Source: Salpingoeca rosetta (taxonomy: Eukaryota; Protista; Choanoflagellata). From it: a DNA stretch of 64,000 nt. Of this stretch, positions 1 through 24,460 are shown piece by piece. Within the stretch, counting starts at the first letter, position 1, and each line of letters starts with the position of its first letter. Made by a program: the position numbers and the translations under genes. The notes beneath the pieces are model-generated. The model was not told the origin of the DNA and made no database searches. It saw only the letters and a program-made list of their open reading frames with translations. Location of the stretch: contig JAWQFM010000014.1 of assembly GCA_033442325.1 (NCBI GenBank), positions 695,312 through 759,311 on the forward strand. Direction: 5' to 3'.

Positions 1-2222
1 GTTCACACTGCAACGCACAACACAGCTCAGCTCCCCGCACACTACGACACGCAGCACGACAACGCCCCGCACAACCACAGCACAGCAAAAAGCAACGCAC
101 CTCGCAGGCGCGGAGACAGGCCTTGACAAACCCGCGGCCAAGATCGGGCACGACAGCCAACACGCTGTCCACTTGTCCTTCCAACTTGGCATCACGCTTT
201 GACGTGCCATCTCCACCATCCATGGCGGCGCCGCTTACCTCGTCATCATCACCATCGCTGCCACTCTTCTGCTGCTGCTTCTTCTTCTGGTTCTTCTTCT
301 CGTCTTCCTGCACCTCAGCCAGCACGTCCGCGTCCACCACCTCCTCCGTGCCTGCAAGCAACTTCCGATAAAACTGCAGGCGAATCTCCTCAACGCCGTC
401 GTCGCCCACCTCCGCCAGCTCGGCGAACACGCGAGCCAGCCCCTCCTCACGCGCAATCCATTGCACCACGGGCGGGTACAGCACGAGTGCCTCCATGGCG
501 TCAAACAACATGTCTTCCTTCTCCCCGTGCGACAGGGACGACGTCACAGCAGCTGCCGGTGGCTGTGGTGTTGCTGCTGTGTCGGTGGCGGCGCTGGCCC
601 CACCGTTGGGAAGCAGCGGCTGCACAAACACGGAGTCAATCATGTCCACGATGCATGCAAGCAACGCATTCTCTGCTGCGACTGCGCACGCTTGCACCAC
701 CAACGCCTTGCCGCTCTCTTCCCCATCCTCGTCATCATCATCGTCGTCATCATCGTCGTCATCATCATCGCCATCATCATCGCCATCATCATCGCCATCA
801 TCATCGCCTGCCGTGTCCGCAGCTGAGATGGCTGCTGTGAGCAGTGGCCCCACAATTGAGGCGTGCAGACAGCACAGTGCAACGAGGATGCGCGTGCGGT
901 GGAGCTGCACACTGCACTCGGGGAATGCGGTGACAAAACAGCGCAGCGTGTTGGCAATGTCATGCACAAACACGGCCAGGTCCATGTGCTCCTGCGGTGT
1001 GAGGTCAGCAATGCGGCGCGCGCCAGCAATGGTTGGGGCGCGCTCGTGCAAGGGGACGTCAGCTGGCACGCCCTCTGCGGAATGCTGCGCGCACGTGCGG
1101 TGGATGAGCGTGGAGACGGCGACGAGCGAGTTGCTCAGGTCGTCAAAGTAGGCTGGCTGGCGGGAAAACACGTTGCACACCATGCGTTGCAGCAGCGGCC
1201 TGTTGCTAGCAGCGAAGATGGCGCACAGGTCCAGCAGCTTTGGCATGTCAAACACCCAGTTGTTGTAGATGAGCTCCGAGTACCCGCGCTGCGTCATGAA
1301 CTTGTCTGGCGCCTCCTTGTGCGTGGACAGCCGCAGATACACCAGAAACACCTGCAGGAGTGCGTGTTTATGTGTTTGTGTATGTGTGTATTCGTGTATG
1401 TGTGTGAGTGTATGTGTGTATTCGTGTATGTGTGTGTGTGAGTGAGTGTGTGTGAGTGAGTGTGCGTGAGTGTATATCCAAGTGCGAGTGGCTTGTCCGG
1501 TTGAGTGCGCTTGTGCGACAGGAGCATGCACGATGAGGAACAGGGCTGGGCTGTACACGTGCTGAAGAAGACAGAGGGGGTTGAGTACGTCCACGCTCAC
1601 AAGCATATGCCACCTTGCGTGCGAGCTGCGTTTCGAGGGCCTTCAGCTTGTCTGGGAGGGCGCTGATGATGGGGAGATCATACGGCCGCGAGGTGAGCTT
1701 GAGGAACGTGCTGAGGAAGCGTCCAAGCGACTTGTCGTGCAGCGCCTGCCAAAATAGGTGGATGGGAACCGGAAGCCGCGGAGGTGAGAAGGTGGAAACA
1801 AACTCAAAGAAGAGAGGCAGAGCATAAATCACGTGGCACGCTGCGCCGATGTGAGTGGAGCAGTGCAATCGCTGCACACGTGCGCGCAAACACGGGAGAG
1901 CGCGACGTACGTGGGCCCAGAACACATGGTATGGAAGGGAGAGAAGCCTGTGCACATCGTTGATCTGCAACTTGAGGATGTCTGCGCGCTGATCAATGTC
2001 TGCCTCATCTGCAAGCGATCGCGCAGCCGTGTACGGCAAGAATTCAATGTCCACCAACCAGCAAGGATCCTGCTCCAGTGCCAGGAGCGCCATGTGTGTG
2101 TGTGTTGTGGGTGAACATGCGTGAGCTGGGGAAAAACCCCCCAACAGGCTTCCGCAGGCTGTACCTTTGTTATCACCAGCGCAAGCGGAAGCGCCTGCAG
2201 CAAGACACATACACGCATGCAG

Positions 2223-2274
<52 letters not shown>

Positions 2275-2401
2275 ACATATTCACATACACGCGTTCGCAC
2301 ACGAATTCAGCAGCACACACACACACCAGTAAAGACACGTGTTTGCCACTGCGCGAGGGCTTCGTGTCCACGTCTATTGGCGTGGCCAAATCACTGCTCA
2401 T
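1..2401 (-). CDS. ASCC2: Activating signal cointegrator 1 complex subunit 2 (CUE-domain protein); multi-exon, continues past the left edge
   Basis: ATG at 2401 (MSSDLATP). Spliced exons give LLSLPYHVFWAH / ALHDKSLGRFLSTFL / VFLVYLRLSTHKEAPDKFMTQRGYSELIYNNWVFDMPKLLDLCAIF...NVFSRQPAYFDDL, matching the ASCC2 core (VFLTFLRMSTHKE...ILYNNFLFDIPKILDL). A CUE start QVDSVLAVVPDLGRGFVK lies near 122-180. GT-AG junctions are in frame. Confidence 0.9.
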
Positions 2402-2869
2402 CGTCTCTGTTGTGTATCCAGTAGTGGTGACGGCCGACAAGAAAGTGAAGCGTGATGGTGTGGACAGCGTGTGTGGTGTGCTGCATTGGATGAGGAGTCG
2501 TGGCTGGTCGTAACAGCTGCTGCTGATCGAGTTGCAAACAGCTGAGGGTGGATTTGCCAATTGCATGTGCAATGCGATTAGTATGTATGTTACCCTACGA
2601 ATTTCTTCAATCGCGCCACACCAACAAACAAGCAACAACCAACAAGAAGGAAGGAAGGCAAGAGGGGCAAGAGCCGCAAGCGCACCCATTTTCGCGTGGT
2701 GCTGGTGTTCTTGTTGGTTCTCATGCGTGTGCGCCGGGTGTTGAGTTGATGTCGAGCACGCAACAACAGCAACAGCGAGATTGACAACCCCTTTTCACAC
2801 AAACCACAGACACACGCGTCAGTGACACACTGCAACAGTTGTGGTTGGTTGTGTGCGCATTTGTCAATC

Positions 2870-3018
2870 ATGGAGCCAACCGCAACACCATCATCGTCTG
2901 CTGTGACGGCCAACCCTGCACAAATCGCAGATGAAGCAACAACACACCATCAACAACACGCCCAACAACAACGTGATGATGAAGCAGCACCCACAGCTTC
3001 ACCACCACCACCACCACC

Positions 3019-3085
<67 letters not shown>

Positions 3086-4304
3086 CCACAAAAGGAAGGT
3101 TTGAAGCAGGAGGTGCAGCCGAAACAACAGACGCCAAGGCCACCAGCTGCAACCAACAGCGAACACACCACTCACACCACAGCTGCACATCCTTCAACGG
3201 AACAGCCCACGCAAGCAACCAACAGCATCAACACAGCGTCTCCACCACACGAACCTCAACAAGAAGCTACAAGCAAGGCGCTGCCAAGTGGCCAGCAGGA
3301 AGAAGCGGAGAAGGAGAAGATGAAGGAGAAGACCGAGACTGAGTTAGAGATAGAGGAGGAGAATGAGGCAAAGGAGGAGAAGGAGGAGGACAAAACCGAG
3401 ACAGAGAAGACCGAGAAGACGGAAGAGCAGCAGCCAAAACAGCAGGAGGAGAAGGAGAAGGAGAAGACACCCTCGAGCCAGGACGCGTCAAACGAAGCGC
3501 AGGCGCAACCACAAGGGGCACCCATTACCTCGTCTTCTGCACCGTCATGGTCTGCCTCGCCGAGAACACCGTCGCCGTCCCTGTCGCCAGCAACCTCAAC
3601 AACGACGTCCAAGCCTCCATCCACGACGAAGGACGCGGAAACGTGTGCCAATGAGCCCGCAACGGCAAGTGAGCTCACCGATGAGCCTCCCACCAAGCAA
3701 GCCAAGGTACAGCTGCCCTCAGCAACAACATCACCTGCTGAATCGCAATGGACACCACCTGCGTCATCAGCATCACAACAACAACAAGCAGTGCAACACA
3801 AGGAGGCAGCACCAAAAGGGACTGCGGGGCCCGCACCAACCATGACTCCAAAACCAGCAACAGCCAGCGTCCCCGCCGCTCAACCCAAGACAGGCACACC
3901 GGCTGCAGCCAGCGCTGCCGGCGCTCAGAAGACGTCTGGCACGAGCAAGACGAGTGCGGCCAAACCGAAAGCGGGCACAATGTCCACGAAGAAGCGCAAA
4001 ACAGCGAGCGCTGCAAAGAAGACGGCCGGTGCGCGTCGTTCAAGCGCCACCAAGAGCGGCTCGCGTGGGTCTCGGTCGTCCACCACCTCGTCATCATCAT
4101 CGTCGCCATCCAAGGGCAAGCGGGCGGCCTCTGCCACTCCTGGTGGTGGTGGTGGTGGTGGTGGTGGTGCTACGAGCACAAGCAGCAGCAGCAGCAGCAA
4201 GAGCGGTAGCACGCCGAAACAGCGGCCCAATGCGTTTGAGTCTGCCTGCAAGAACTTGCAACTGGAGATGACATACCTCGTCAAGAGCCTCTTCCTGGTG
4301 CGCC

Positions 4305-4335
<31 letters not shown>

Positions 4336-4623
4336 AGTGAGTGAGTGAGTGTGTGGGTGTGGGTGTGTGAGGGTTTATGTGCCTGCGCATGTTGGCAGCC
4401 GATTACTTGCACGCTCCCACCCTCTCTCACTGCGACCTCGTGCGCCTTGATTGACTGCACCGCTATGCTTGCACACAGGAGTACAAGGGCATTGCAGATG
4501 CGCTGGCGGAGGTTGAGAACAAGCCGCTGCGGCGAAAGCGCATCACGCAGCACCACATCAAGAACCTCATCGTCACGTGCTTCAGCCGCAGCCGCGACAG
4601 CGTCCAGCACGCACTCAGGTGTG

Positions 4624-4668
<45 letters not shown>

Positions 4669-4868
4669 GTGTGCTGTGTGTGCTGTGTGCAGTCAACATC
4701 TCACTCTGCAACATGCTCAACATGCTCACCACCACTATCCCCCCCCCCTTTTTTTTTCTGCAGGCCGATTGTGAGCGGGCGGACGCGCGGTGGGGACCGT
4801 GCACAGGTTGTTCGCCTCGAGCGCCAGCTCCACCAGGCCGTTCGCGAAGGAAACCTCGACAAGGTCAC

Positions 4869-4943
<75 letters not shown>

Positions 4944-5944
4944 CTGCCTGCCTGCTTGTCTGTTTGTATCGTTGTTTGGTGTGTACATGCACAACGCGCA
5001 AGCAGGTCGCAGCAGCTCACACGCTGCCACTGCTGCCGCTGCTGTTTGTCTGTTGGACAGGTGAAGTATCTGATTGAGAAGGAGCGCATCAACCACACGG
5101 CGCTGACGCACGACGAGCAGACCCCACTCTTCATCGCCGTCAGAAACAGACAGCACCATATCGCCGAATACCTCCTCCAGCGAGGTGTGTGTGTGTGTGT
5201 GTGTGTGTGTGTCAGAGTCTTGTATCACTCGCAAGATTTCAAACTGTAACTGGGCGCTGCACGAACACACACACGCGCACGCACGCCGCAACCTTTGCCC
5301 CCCTGCCTTCTCTCTCCCCGCTTCTCTCATCTCCTCAACCCTCCCCCAAACCCGGTTCGTTACAGGCGTGAATCCCGACATCAAGTCGACGGGCGACAAG
5401 CTCCCGCCCATCTTCGAGGCCGCGCGCATCAACGATATTGCCATGATTGAGCTGCTCATCCGTTATGGCGCCGACAGACACATGACCTGCGGCGGCCTGC
5501 ACCTCAAGCCAACCGCATCATCGTCGTCGTCCTCGGCTGCGGCTGCGGCTGCTGCTAGTGGTGGCGGAAAGGATGCTACGGGTGGTGGTGGCGGGAGTGC
5601 ACAGCCCAAGGAGCAGGGCGCTGGTGGTGGTGACGCACGCAACGCCAACGACAAGCGTGCGTCACCACCAACGGGGTCTTCAGCAACAGCAGGTGTGACC
5701 CGCGGCAGCACCAACAACACGAATGACAGCACCAGCAACGACGACACGAACACCAGCGCGCCTGCTGCTGTTGAGGAGGAGGCGCCCACGGCGTATTTTG
5801 CAGGGAACATCTCCCTCGCCACCTGGTCCATGCTCACAAACTGCCCCGGCCCAACGAAGAAGGTCAGTATAGTATGGCTGTTGTGGGGAAGAGCATATTG
5901 GAACAATTCCTGTCTGCGTATATGGATTGGGGGTTCAATGCGTG

Positions 5945-6010
<66 letters not shown>

Positions 6011-9000
6011 CGTGGGCGTGGGCGTGGGCGTGGGCGTGCTGTTGTGTTTCGTCTCCACCTGCTCATAACCACCATCGTCTCCACAACCACCCTCACCATC
6101 GCAACCCTCATCATCATCATCATCGTCATCGTCATCATCACCACCACCAGGCTGGCGAGGCGGCGCGGGAGGCAATTGCAGAGCAGCGGAGAAAGAAGGA
6201 GGAGCAGGTCAAGCGCGAGCGCCTGAGAAAACAGAAAAAGCATAGGCAGAAGCTCGGTGGGTTGCACGCGCACCGGTGACCGCTAGCTTGCCGCGTCTGT
6301 TCGTCTGCATGGCGCTTTGTTCTTCGGCGTGGCATCCACACTCACACGCTCTACACGCGCGTGTATATAAGCACGTAATCTCACACACACTCACTCACAC
6401 TCACACCCCCACTCACACTCACTCACTTACGCGTACAGAGTCGCTGGCAGAGGCGCGCGGTGCTGGTACCGGTGCTGACGGCGGGACCGGTGGACTGGCA
6501 AGCAGTGCTGGCGACAAGGCAGGCCACGATGCTGCACCAACGACCGCCGCTGCCGTCACGGGTACGCCCGGTGCCAACGCGGGCAGTGGCGCTGCGAGCA
6601 GCAGCACTCGGACCGCCAGCAACAGTGGTGGTAGCAGTGGTGGTGGTGGTTGCAAAGGCGAAGCAGCAAACGGGCGAGCGGGAAGCGCCAAGCGATCGTC
6701 TTCGTTGGCATCAGGCAGCAACAGCAACAGCAACGGCAGCGGGCGGCGCAGCAGCACAGCGGGCGGCAGTGGTGGTGCTGGTGGCGATGAGCCTCCCCCG
6801 AAGCAGCGCAAGACCTCCGTGTCGCAGTCGCGGGTGACGGTGGTGCCGACGATGACGCCTGAGGACGTGACAGCTGCGCTGGAGGCGAAGAAGCAGCTCA
6901 AGGAACTCTACGAGCAGCTCATGACAAACTCTGTGCAGAACGTCAAGGCGTTCACATCAGCAAAGACCTCGCTCACGTTCGACGCCGGAGAGGTGCTTGT
7001 GCGTGTGTGTGTGGGGGGGGGGAGGGGGCGTGTATGCACTTGCGTGCGCACACATGCACTTGTGCGTGATTTTTGAGTCTGTCGCATCACATGCATGGTA
7101 TGCGTGTTTGCATCCGCCCTGTTTGAATGCTGCTCACGACATCAATCGTTATGGTTTGGCTTGCAGGAGTTTCTGCTTGGGTGCTCTGTCAACAAGGCGC
7201 TGAACCTGGGCACCAAGAACGTGTGGAACAAACACCGTACCATCTTCAAGTTCTCCTGTGACAAGAAGGAGAAGCAGTACATTCTCGCACGATACCCGTC
7301 CTGCTGCCAGAAATTCATCACAGACGAGGTTAGGCAGTTGTGTGTGCGTGGGTGTCTGTGTGTGGGTGTTGGGGGGGGGGGGGTCTGGGTGCCTGTGGGT
7401 GTGTCTGTGTGGGGGGGGGTCTGGGTGCCTGTGGGTGTGATTGTCATTCTTCATCTGTGTCGAGCATGCTCATTCGTGGATGCCTGTGATTGGCTCGACA
7501 CCCAACCCCACCTCTCACATACTGTTGCCCCGCCCTCGTTTTGTGCGGTTTAGGACGACAAGGCGCCGCTGACGCTGATTCTGCACTCTGAGATGAAGCA
7601 GTTGGCGGAGGTGCACCCCAACTACCAGACGGACCGCTCCTACCTCAAGCGCATCTCAGAGCTGCCCCGCCTCAAGATTGACTACTACGTCCTCGGATGC
7701 ATCTGGCGCAAGGTGTGTGCGTGTGTGTGCGTGTGTGTGTGTGTGTGTCTGTGTCTGTGTCTGTGCATGTCTGTGTGTCTGTCTTGTCGTGTTTGAGCTT
7801 GTGCCCTTCCGTCGGTCCTGTCCTGGCCCACTTTTCCGCACTGCGTACCCATCGCATGCACAGTCCGCTTTGCCCAGCTTGTCCTCATGCTTCCTTTGTC
7901 CCACCCCCTGCCCCTTGTCCGTGCTGAATATGCAGCAAATCAAGACGCTGAAGCGCCGCGCAGAGCAGCTCAACGCGACCGCGGACAGGGTGCGTATTGT
8001 GGGTGGTGGGTGTCACTCGGATCATCTGAAACATTTTTCTCGCTGCACCACCTTGTGTCACCATCTCATGCTTCCAGCGTGTCCTCCCACATGCACACAC
8101 GAGCAGGGCGCTGGGTTGAACGGGCATCCCAAGACCACATCCTCAACCATGCAGGCGACGGCGGCCACGACACCGACAGCCCGGGAAGCGCCACCACAAG
8201 GCATGCAGCTCGCGTCGTCCATGCCACACAGCACCGACCCAGTCATGAGCCTCCTTGCTCAACAGCAACCGCAGCACCAGCACCAGCACCAGCACCAGCA
8301 CCAACACCAGCACCAGCACCAGCACCAACATGTAGGGCCCATGTCGCGTGGGCAGGCGTTTGTTGTACCATCTTCGTCGTCGTCAGCAACAGCGACATCA
8401 TCAACCACCCCCGCGTCAATCTACGCCCCAACACCGCCATCTGATGCGCCCTCAGCCGCTGCACCCGCAATGGCCACTCAGCAGCAGCACCACCAGCAGC
8501 ACCCGCAGCAGTCAGCAGCACCCGTGAGGTCGCCGTCATCATCATCACTGATGCCGTCGTCACACCAGTCGTCGACGCGCTCCCCATACAGCAGCCGTCC
8601 GGCAGACACAACCACTGCCACAACCACAGAACAAACGCCGCAACAGCAGCAACAGCAGCAACAGCCGCAACAGCAGCAACAGCAGCAACAGCCGCAAGCT
8701 CAGGCGTTTGATCACGTTGTGCTCAGTCACAACACGTTGAGGGCTGGGACTGGCCAGCCACAACCGCCCACACAGCACCAGCACCACCACCAGCAGCACC
8801 ACCAGCACGACCAGAGCAAGCGCCAGGCCCGTGCGAGCACCGGGGAGGCGAGCGGGGCTGTGCTGCTGCTGCAGAATGTGTTTGGACGCCAAAACGCGGC
8901 CGTTGGCGAACAGCCCATCCCACCGACGTTTGCACCGCCACTGCAACCACCAGCGCAGGATGCGGCTCACGTTGCAGCACCAACCGCCAGCACCACACAC

Positions 9001-9110
9001 GACGCCGCTGCCACGGCCGGAAATGACAACACGGACGAGCAGGCGTCAGTTCTGCGGCAGGTGCAGCCCTCAACAGCAGCAATAGCTGCACCGGCAACAG
9101 CACCGTCCGC

Positions 9111-9142
<32 letters not shown>

Positions 9143-9369
9143 GAGATGCTGTGCCTGTGGTTGCTGCTGATGTTGCGCAGGAGACAGCAGCGCCAGTGGA
9201 GAACCCGTGGGCACCGCCATCCACAGTCCCAACACCAGTCAACACCGCACCCATGCAGCAACAGCAACAACAGCAACCGCAGACGCTGCCGCCGCCACCA
9301 CCACCCGAGCATGAGTCAGTGCAGGTTGAGTCGCTTGGCGATTTGTTTGACTTGCCACCCGTAACATAG
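2870..9369 (+). CDS. Large low-complexity (Q/T/S/A-rich) protein with about 3 ankyrin repeats and a downstream winged-helix-like domain; multi-exon
   Basis: ATG 2870 (MEPTATP), stop 9367-9369. Spliced ankyrin repeats LHQAVREGNLDKVKYLIE...QTPLFIAVRNRQHHIAEYLLQRGVNPD...PPIFEAARINDIAMIELLIRYGAD (about 4820-5480). NLS-like KKRK and PPPKQRK. Globular domain at about 6960-7710. Confidence 0.8.
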
Positions 9370-9640
9370 CAGCTACCCTTATTGTCACCCACGCCGCACG
9401 GCACTGGACAGAGCACTCTTGTACACAGCAGTGACGCGATTCGTGCATTGTGATGGTTGCTGTTGGTGTTGTTGTGGTGGTTGTATTGAAGACGTGGTGC
9501 GACACTTTGGAAGTCGCTTTTGACATTGGCACTGATCGACATGACATGAACTGATTCGACCTTCGCTTTGATTTGCCTTTTGCTTGACCAGCTTCTCGAT
9601 TTCTCCAGCAATAAACACTGCACTCGTACACACGATCGTG

Positions 9641-9708
<68 letters not shown>

Positions 9709-10159
9709 GTCACTCACATTTGGGGTCACTCATTGTATTGGGTTGATCGATAGATGGGCTTGGGGTGCAATAGGCAATTGGGGAGAGGGGGGGGAGGAAC
9801 AAAGAGCAAGAAGTAAACGCAACAAGTACGCGCGCAACTACAGTCAAAGTCAGTGTATGCTTCACATGTCACTTCAGGGTGTTGTTGGTCGAAAAGTCGA
9901 CAACAAGAAGAAAGGGAAAGACGTTGACCAGGATGGAGGTTGTTGTTGGGTTGGTGTGACGATCGGTTGGTTGGTTTGTTGTTGTTGTTGTGCACGCACA
10001 CAACAGCGAGAAGAAAGGAATGCTTAACGAGGACGACACGAAGAAGCGTCAACTTGGAACATGTGAACAAAGAGGAAAGAAGACGTATGCAATTGGGAAT
10101 GGAACCGCTTGCATGGAGGGTGGTGTGGTGGTGGTCGTGGTGGTGTGTGTTGTGTGTGT

Positions 10160-10220
<61 letters not shown>

Positions 10221-10248
10221 GATTGAGGGCATGGAGGGTGTTCCGAGC

Positions 10249-16793
<6,545 letters not shown>

Positions 16794-17581
16794 GAGGCCG
16801 TGTCAGTCACCTACATCATCACACCCCAACCAAAGCAAGCAAGAGAGGCGAGGGAGGTGAGGTGTCGTGCATTGCGCTCTTGTCATCAGCATGCGCGTTG
16901 GTGATGATGATGCTGATGATGCTGATGATGGCTGCGCCATGAGACTGCATGCATGTGCGAGTGCTTGCACGCAAACACTTCAACACTGCTTGAACAACAA
17001 CATGACATGAGACGCTGATGGGCTGAAGCTTGCTCTTCGGCAGTGATCCAACCAAAACAGGTGCAAGGCATACAGGCAGGCAACCCCGAAGAAGCAACAA
17101 CCAGCCGGCATGCGCCCACGCATGGGCTCATAAGCGCCGGTGCCTGTGCTGATGCCTGCAGGCGTGAACACACGGACCACCAACCTGCTGCACAAACGTG
17201 GGAGGAGGTGGGTGGGTTGGAAAAGGGGAAATGAAGTGCTGATGGCCTGCGAAAAAGGCACACAAACAAGCAAGCATGCTGCTTCCCTTTTTGCCTTCAC
17301 ATGCACGCGTGGTGGAGCGCGCATTCATTCATGTGCTTGCTTGCGTGCTTGAGGCCTGACCAAGCCAACAACCAAGCAAAAAGCCGCACCCACCGCCCAC
17401 CCCCCAAACACCAAAACACCGCGTCGAAGCACGTTGCTGTGACCAAAACAGTGTGGGTGTGCCTGCAAGCATTTCCCGGTGGATACGACATTCCACTCTA
17501 CAACTCGCATAAAATATGCTGTCGCAAATTTGGAGGAGTACGGACAGCTTTTGTGCTGTCGTGTCGTCGGTGTTGGGCGGC

Positions 17582-17668
<87 letters not shown>

Positions 17669-17970
17669 TGTCTGTGTGTGTGTGTGTGTCTGTGTGTGTG
17701 TGTGTGTGTGTGACTCTGTGTATCTCTGTGTCTGTGACTCTCAGTGTGCATGCCTCTCTGTGTCCTGTGTCGGGCAATGATGTTTACAACCAGCTGCTGC
17801 GGCCAACCCCACCCCCAAGCAAGTGAGAAACAACACAACAAAAATCACATATGCGCCATGATTAACATCAAACAAAACAGAAGCGACATCGGGAAATCGA
17901 GAGGCAAACACACACACACATGTGGGGCACAGCGACGCTACGAACGGCTTGCAGGGATCGAAAATGCCCA

Positions 17971-22916
<4,946 letters not shown>

Positions 22917-23150
22917 GGTCGTGTGTGTGTGTGTGTTGTGTTGTGTGCGTTTATGTTTTGTGTGATGAAGCGGGAACTGGGGATGGATGATGATGATGAG
23001 CTGGGTTCCTTGACTGCTTGTGCGTTTACTTCGAGTTACAATGTGACAACTTGGCTTTCCTGGAGGCCAAGAAGCGAGCAATACAACAACAACAGCACAA
23101 AGCTACTGGCGCTAGCTAGAGTCAGGGCATGGCACACGCACGCGTGGGCA

Positions 23151-23978
23151 CTATCTCTGGTGCGGATGGTGCGTTTGCTGGGGCGGAGAGAACGAGTCAA
23201 ACAAGAGGGGAGGGAGGAGGATGGCAGCTGGGCCGGCCCAATGGGTCATGTAGCGCTGGTACTTGGTGGGCTTGGTGGGGTGGCGGTGGAAGAAGGCGGT
23301 GTACAGCCCCCTCTCGTGCGCGTCCTTGAAGAAGTCTGCCGTGGTCTTGTTCACGGCGAAGAGCCAGAGCTGGCAGGCAAGCAGAGCGCCGACGCCCGAC
23401 AGCAACAGCAGCGCCGGCACAAACACCAGGCTGACGTGCGTGGCCTCTGTGCACGCTGGTACGGCGCCTGAAGGCTGGCCCAGGATGGGCTGCACCCAGC
23501 AGTGGAAGAAGGGCGGCCAGCTGACGTATGCGGCATAGGCCATGCCCGTGGTGGCGAGTGTGAGGAACTGGAAGAAGAGCCGGTAGTTGTGCTGGTACAC
23601 GAGGTTCATGGTGAAGGGGCAGTAGTGGTCGAAGCCTTGCACACGCCTGCGCTTCAGGTCTTCCGGCGGCGGGCGAATCAAGCAGCAGTGGGCGTAGTTG
23701 TCCAAGGTGAGCAGCCAGACGACGGTGATGAAGGTGGTGTGCAGCAGGCGCGCCATCTTCGTGTCGGCGACGCGTGGCAGAAAGATGATGTAGTAGTAGG
23801 CAATCGCGGCAATGCACACGGCAGCCACAATGCCAATCAAGGCCACAGACACGGTTCGCTGCGTTAACCGCCGCACGCTCCCACGCGCACCGGGCACCAG
23901 CGCAAGCACCAGGTCCACCAGCAGCGGCAGCTGCAGCACACCCACGCCGCCAATCAGCGCCCACACCACCCACGACAT
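23151..23978 (-). CDS. Intronless DHHC-family palmitoyltransferase-like membrane protein with DHYC motif
   Basis: MSWVVWAL (ATG 23978) to stop 23151. It has 4-5 hydrophobic segments, VQGFDHYCPFTMNLVYQHNYRLFFQFL (family pattern V..FDHHCPW..NCVG..N.R.F..FL) and NKTTAD (TTxE-like). Confidence 0.85.
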   Translation of the reverse strand: MSWVVWALIGGVGVLQLPLLVDLVLALVPGARGSVRRLTQRTVSVALIGIVAAVCIAAIAYYYIIFLPRVADTKMARLLHTTFITVVWLLTLDNYAHCCLIRPPPEDLKRRRVQGFDHYCPFTMNLVYQHNYRLFFQFLTLATTGMAYAAYVSWPPFFHCWVQPILGQPSGAVPACTEATHVSLVFVPALLLLSGVGALLACQLWLFAVNKTTADFFKDAHERGLYTAFFHRHPTKPTKYQRYMTHWAGPAAILLPPLLFDSFSPPQQTHHPHQR

Positions 23979-24131
23979 GGCTGGAAGTGGTGTTGGAGAG
24001 GTGTGTTGGAGAGAGAGTGAAAATACGCACACAAATCACACACACGAGCAGAGGAAGGACCACCACGACTTGCTTGCCTTGGTTTCTGCCGACAAGGCAA
24101 ACGGCGTTGTGCTGTGCTGAGTGCGAGGACG

Positions 24132-24389
24132 ATGGATGAAGATCAACCGCGTGATGTGCTGGCGGGGTGGTGCCCCAAGCCGCCCTGCAAAGTGAACGTG
24201 TCGGGCATCCAGACGTTTTTCACGGCGCTGCAGGCTGTTCGAGCCAAGCACGGTAAGTGCGCATGTGCGTGAATGTTTGTGTGGTGTGTGTGTCTGTGTG
24301 GTGTGTGTGTCTGTGTGTGTGTCTGTGTGTGTGTGTCTGTGTGTGTCTGTGTGTGTCTGTGTCTGTGTGTGCCTGTCTGTGTGTGTGTG

Positions 24390-24460
<71 letters not shown>

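Noticed and set aside
5863-6150. In-frame stop-free introns (also 7990-8106) suggesting coding retention
   Set aside because: GT/CAT repeats lack stops by composition; there is no evidence of retention without RNA data.
17460-17575. Non-repetitive island with AAATTTGG resembling an Sm site
   Set aside because: No recognisable snRNA or SL RNA sequence or structure; more likely regulatory DNA upstream of the ATPase.
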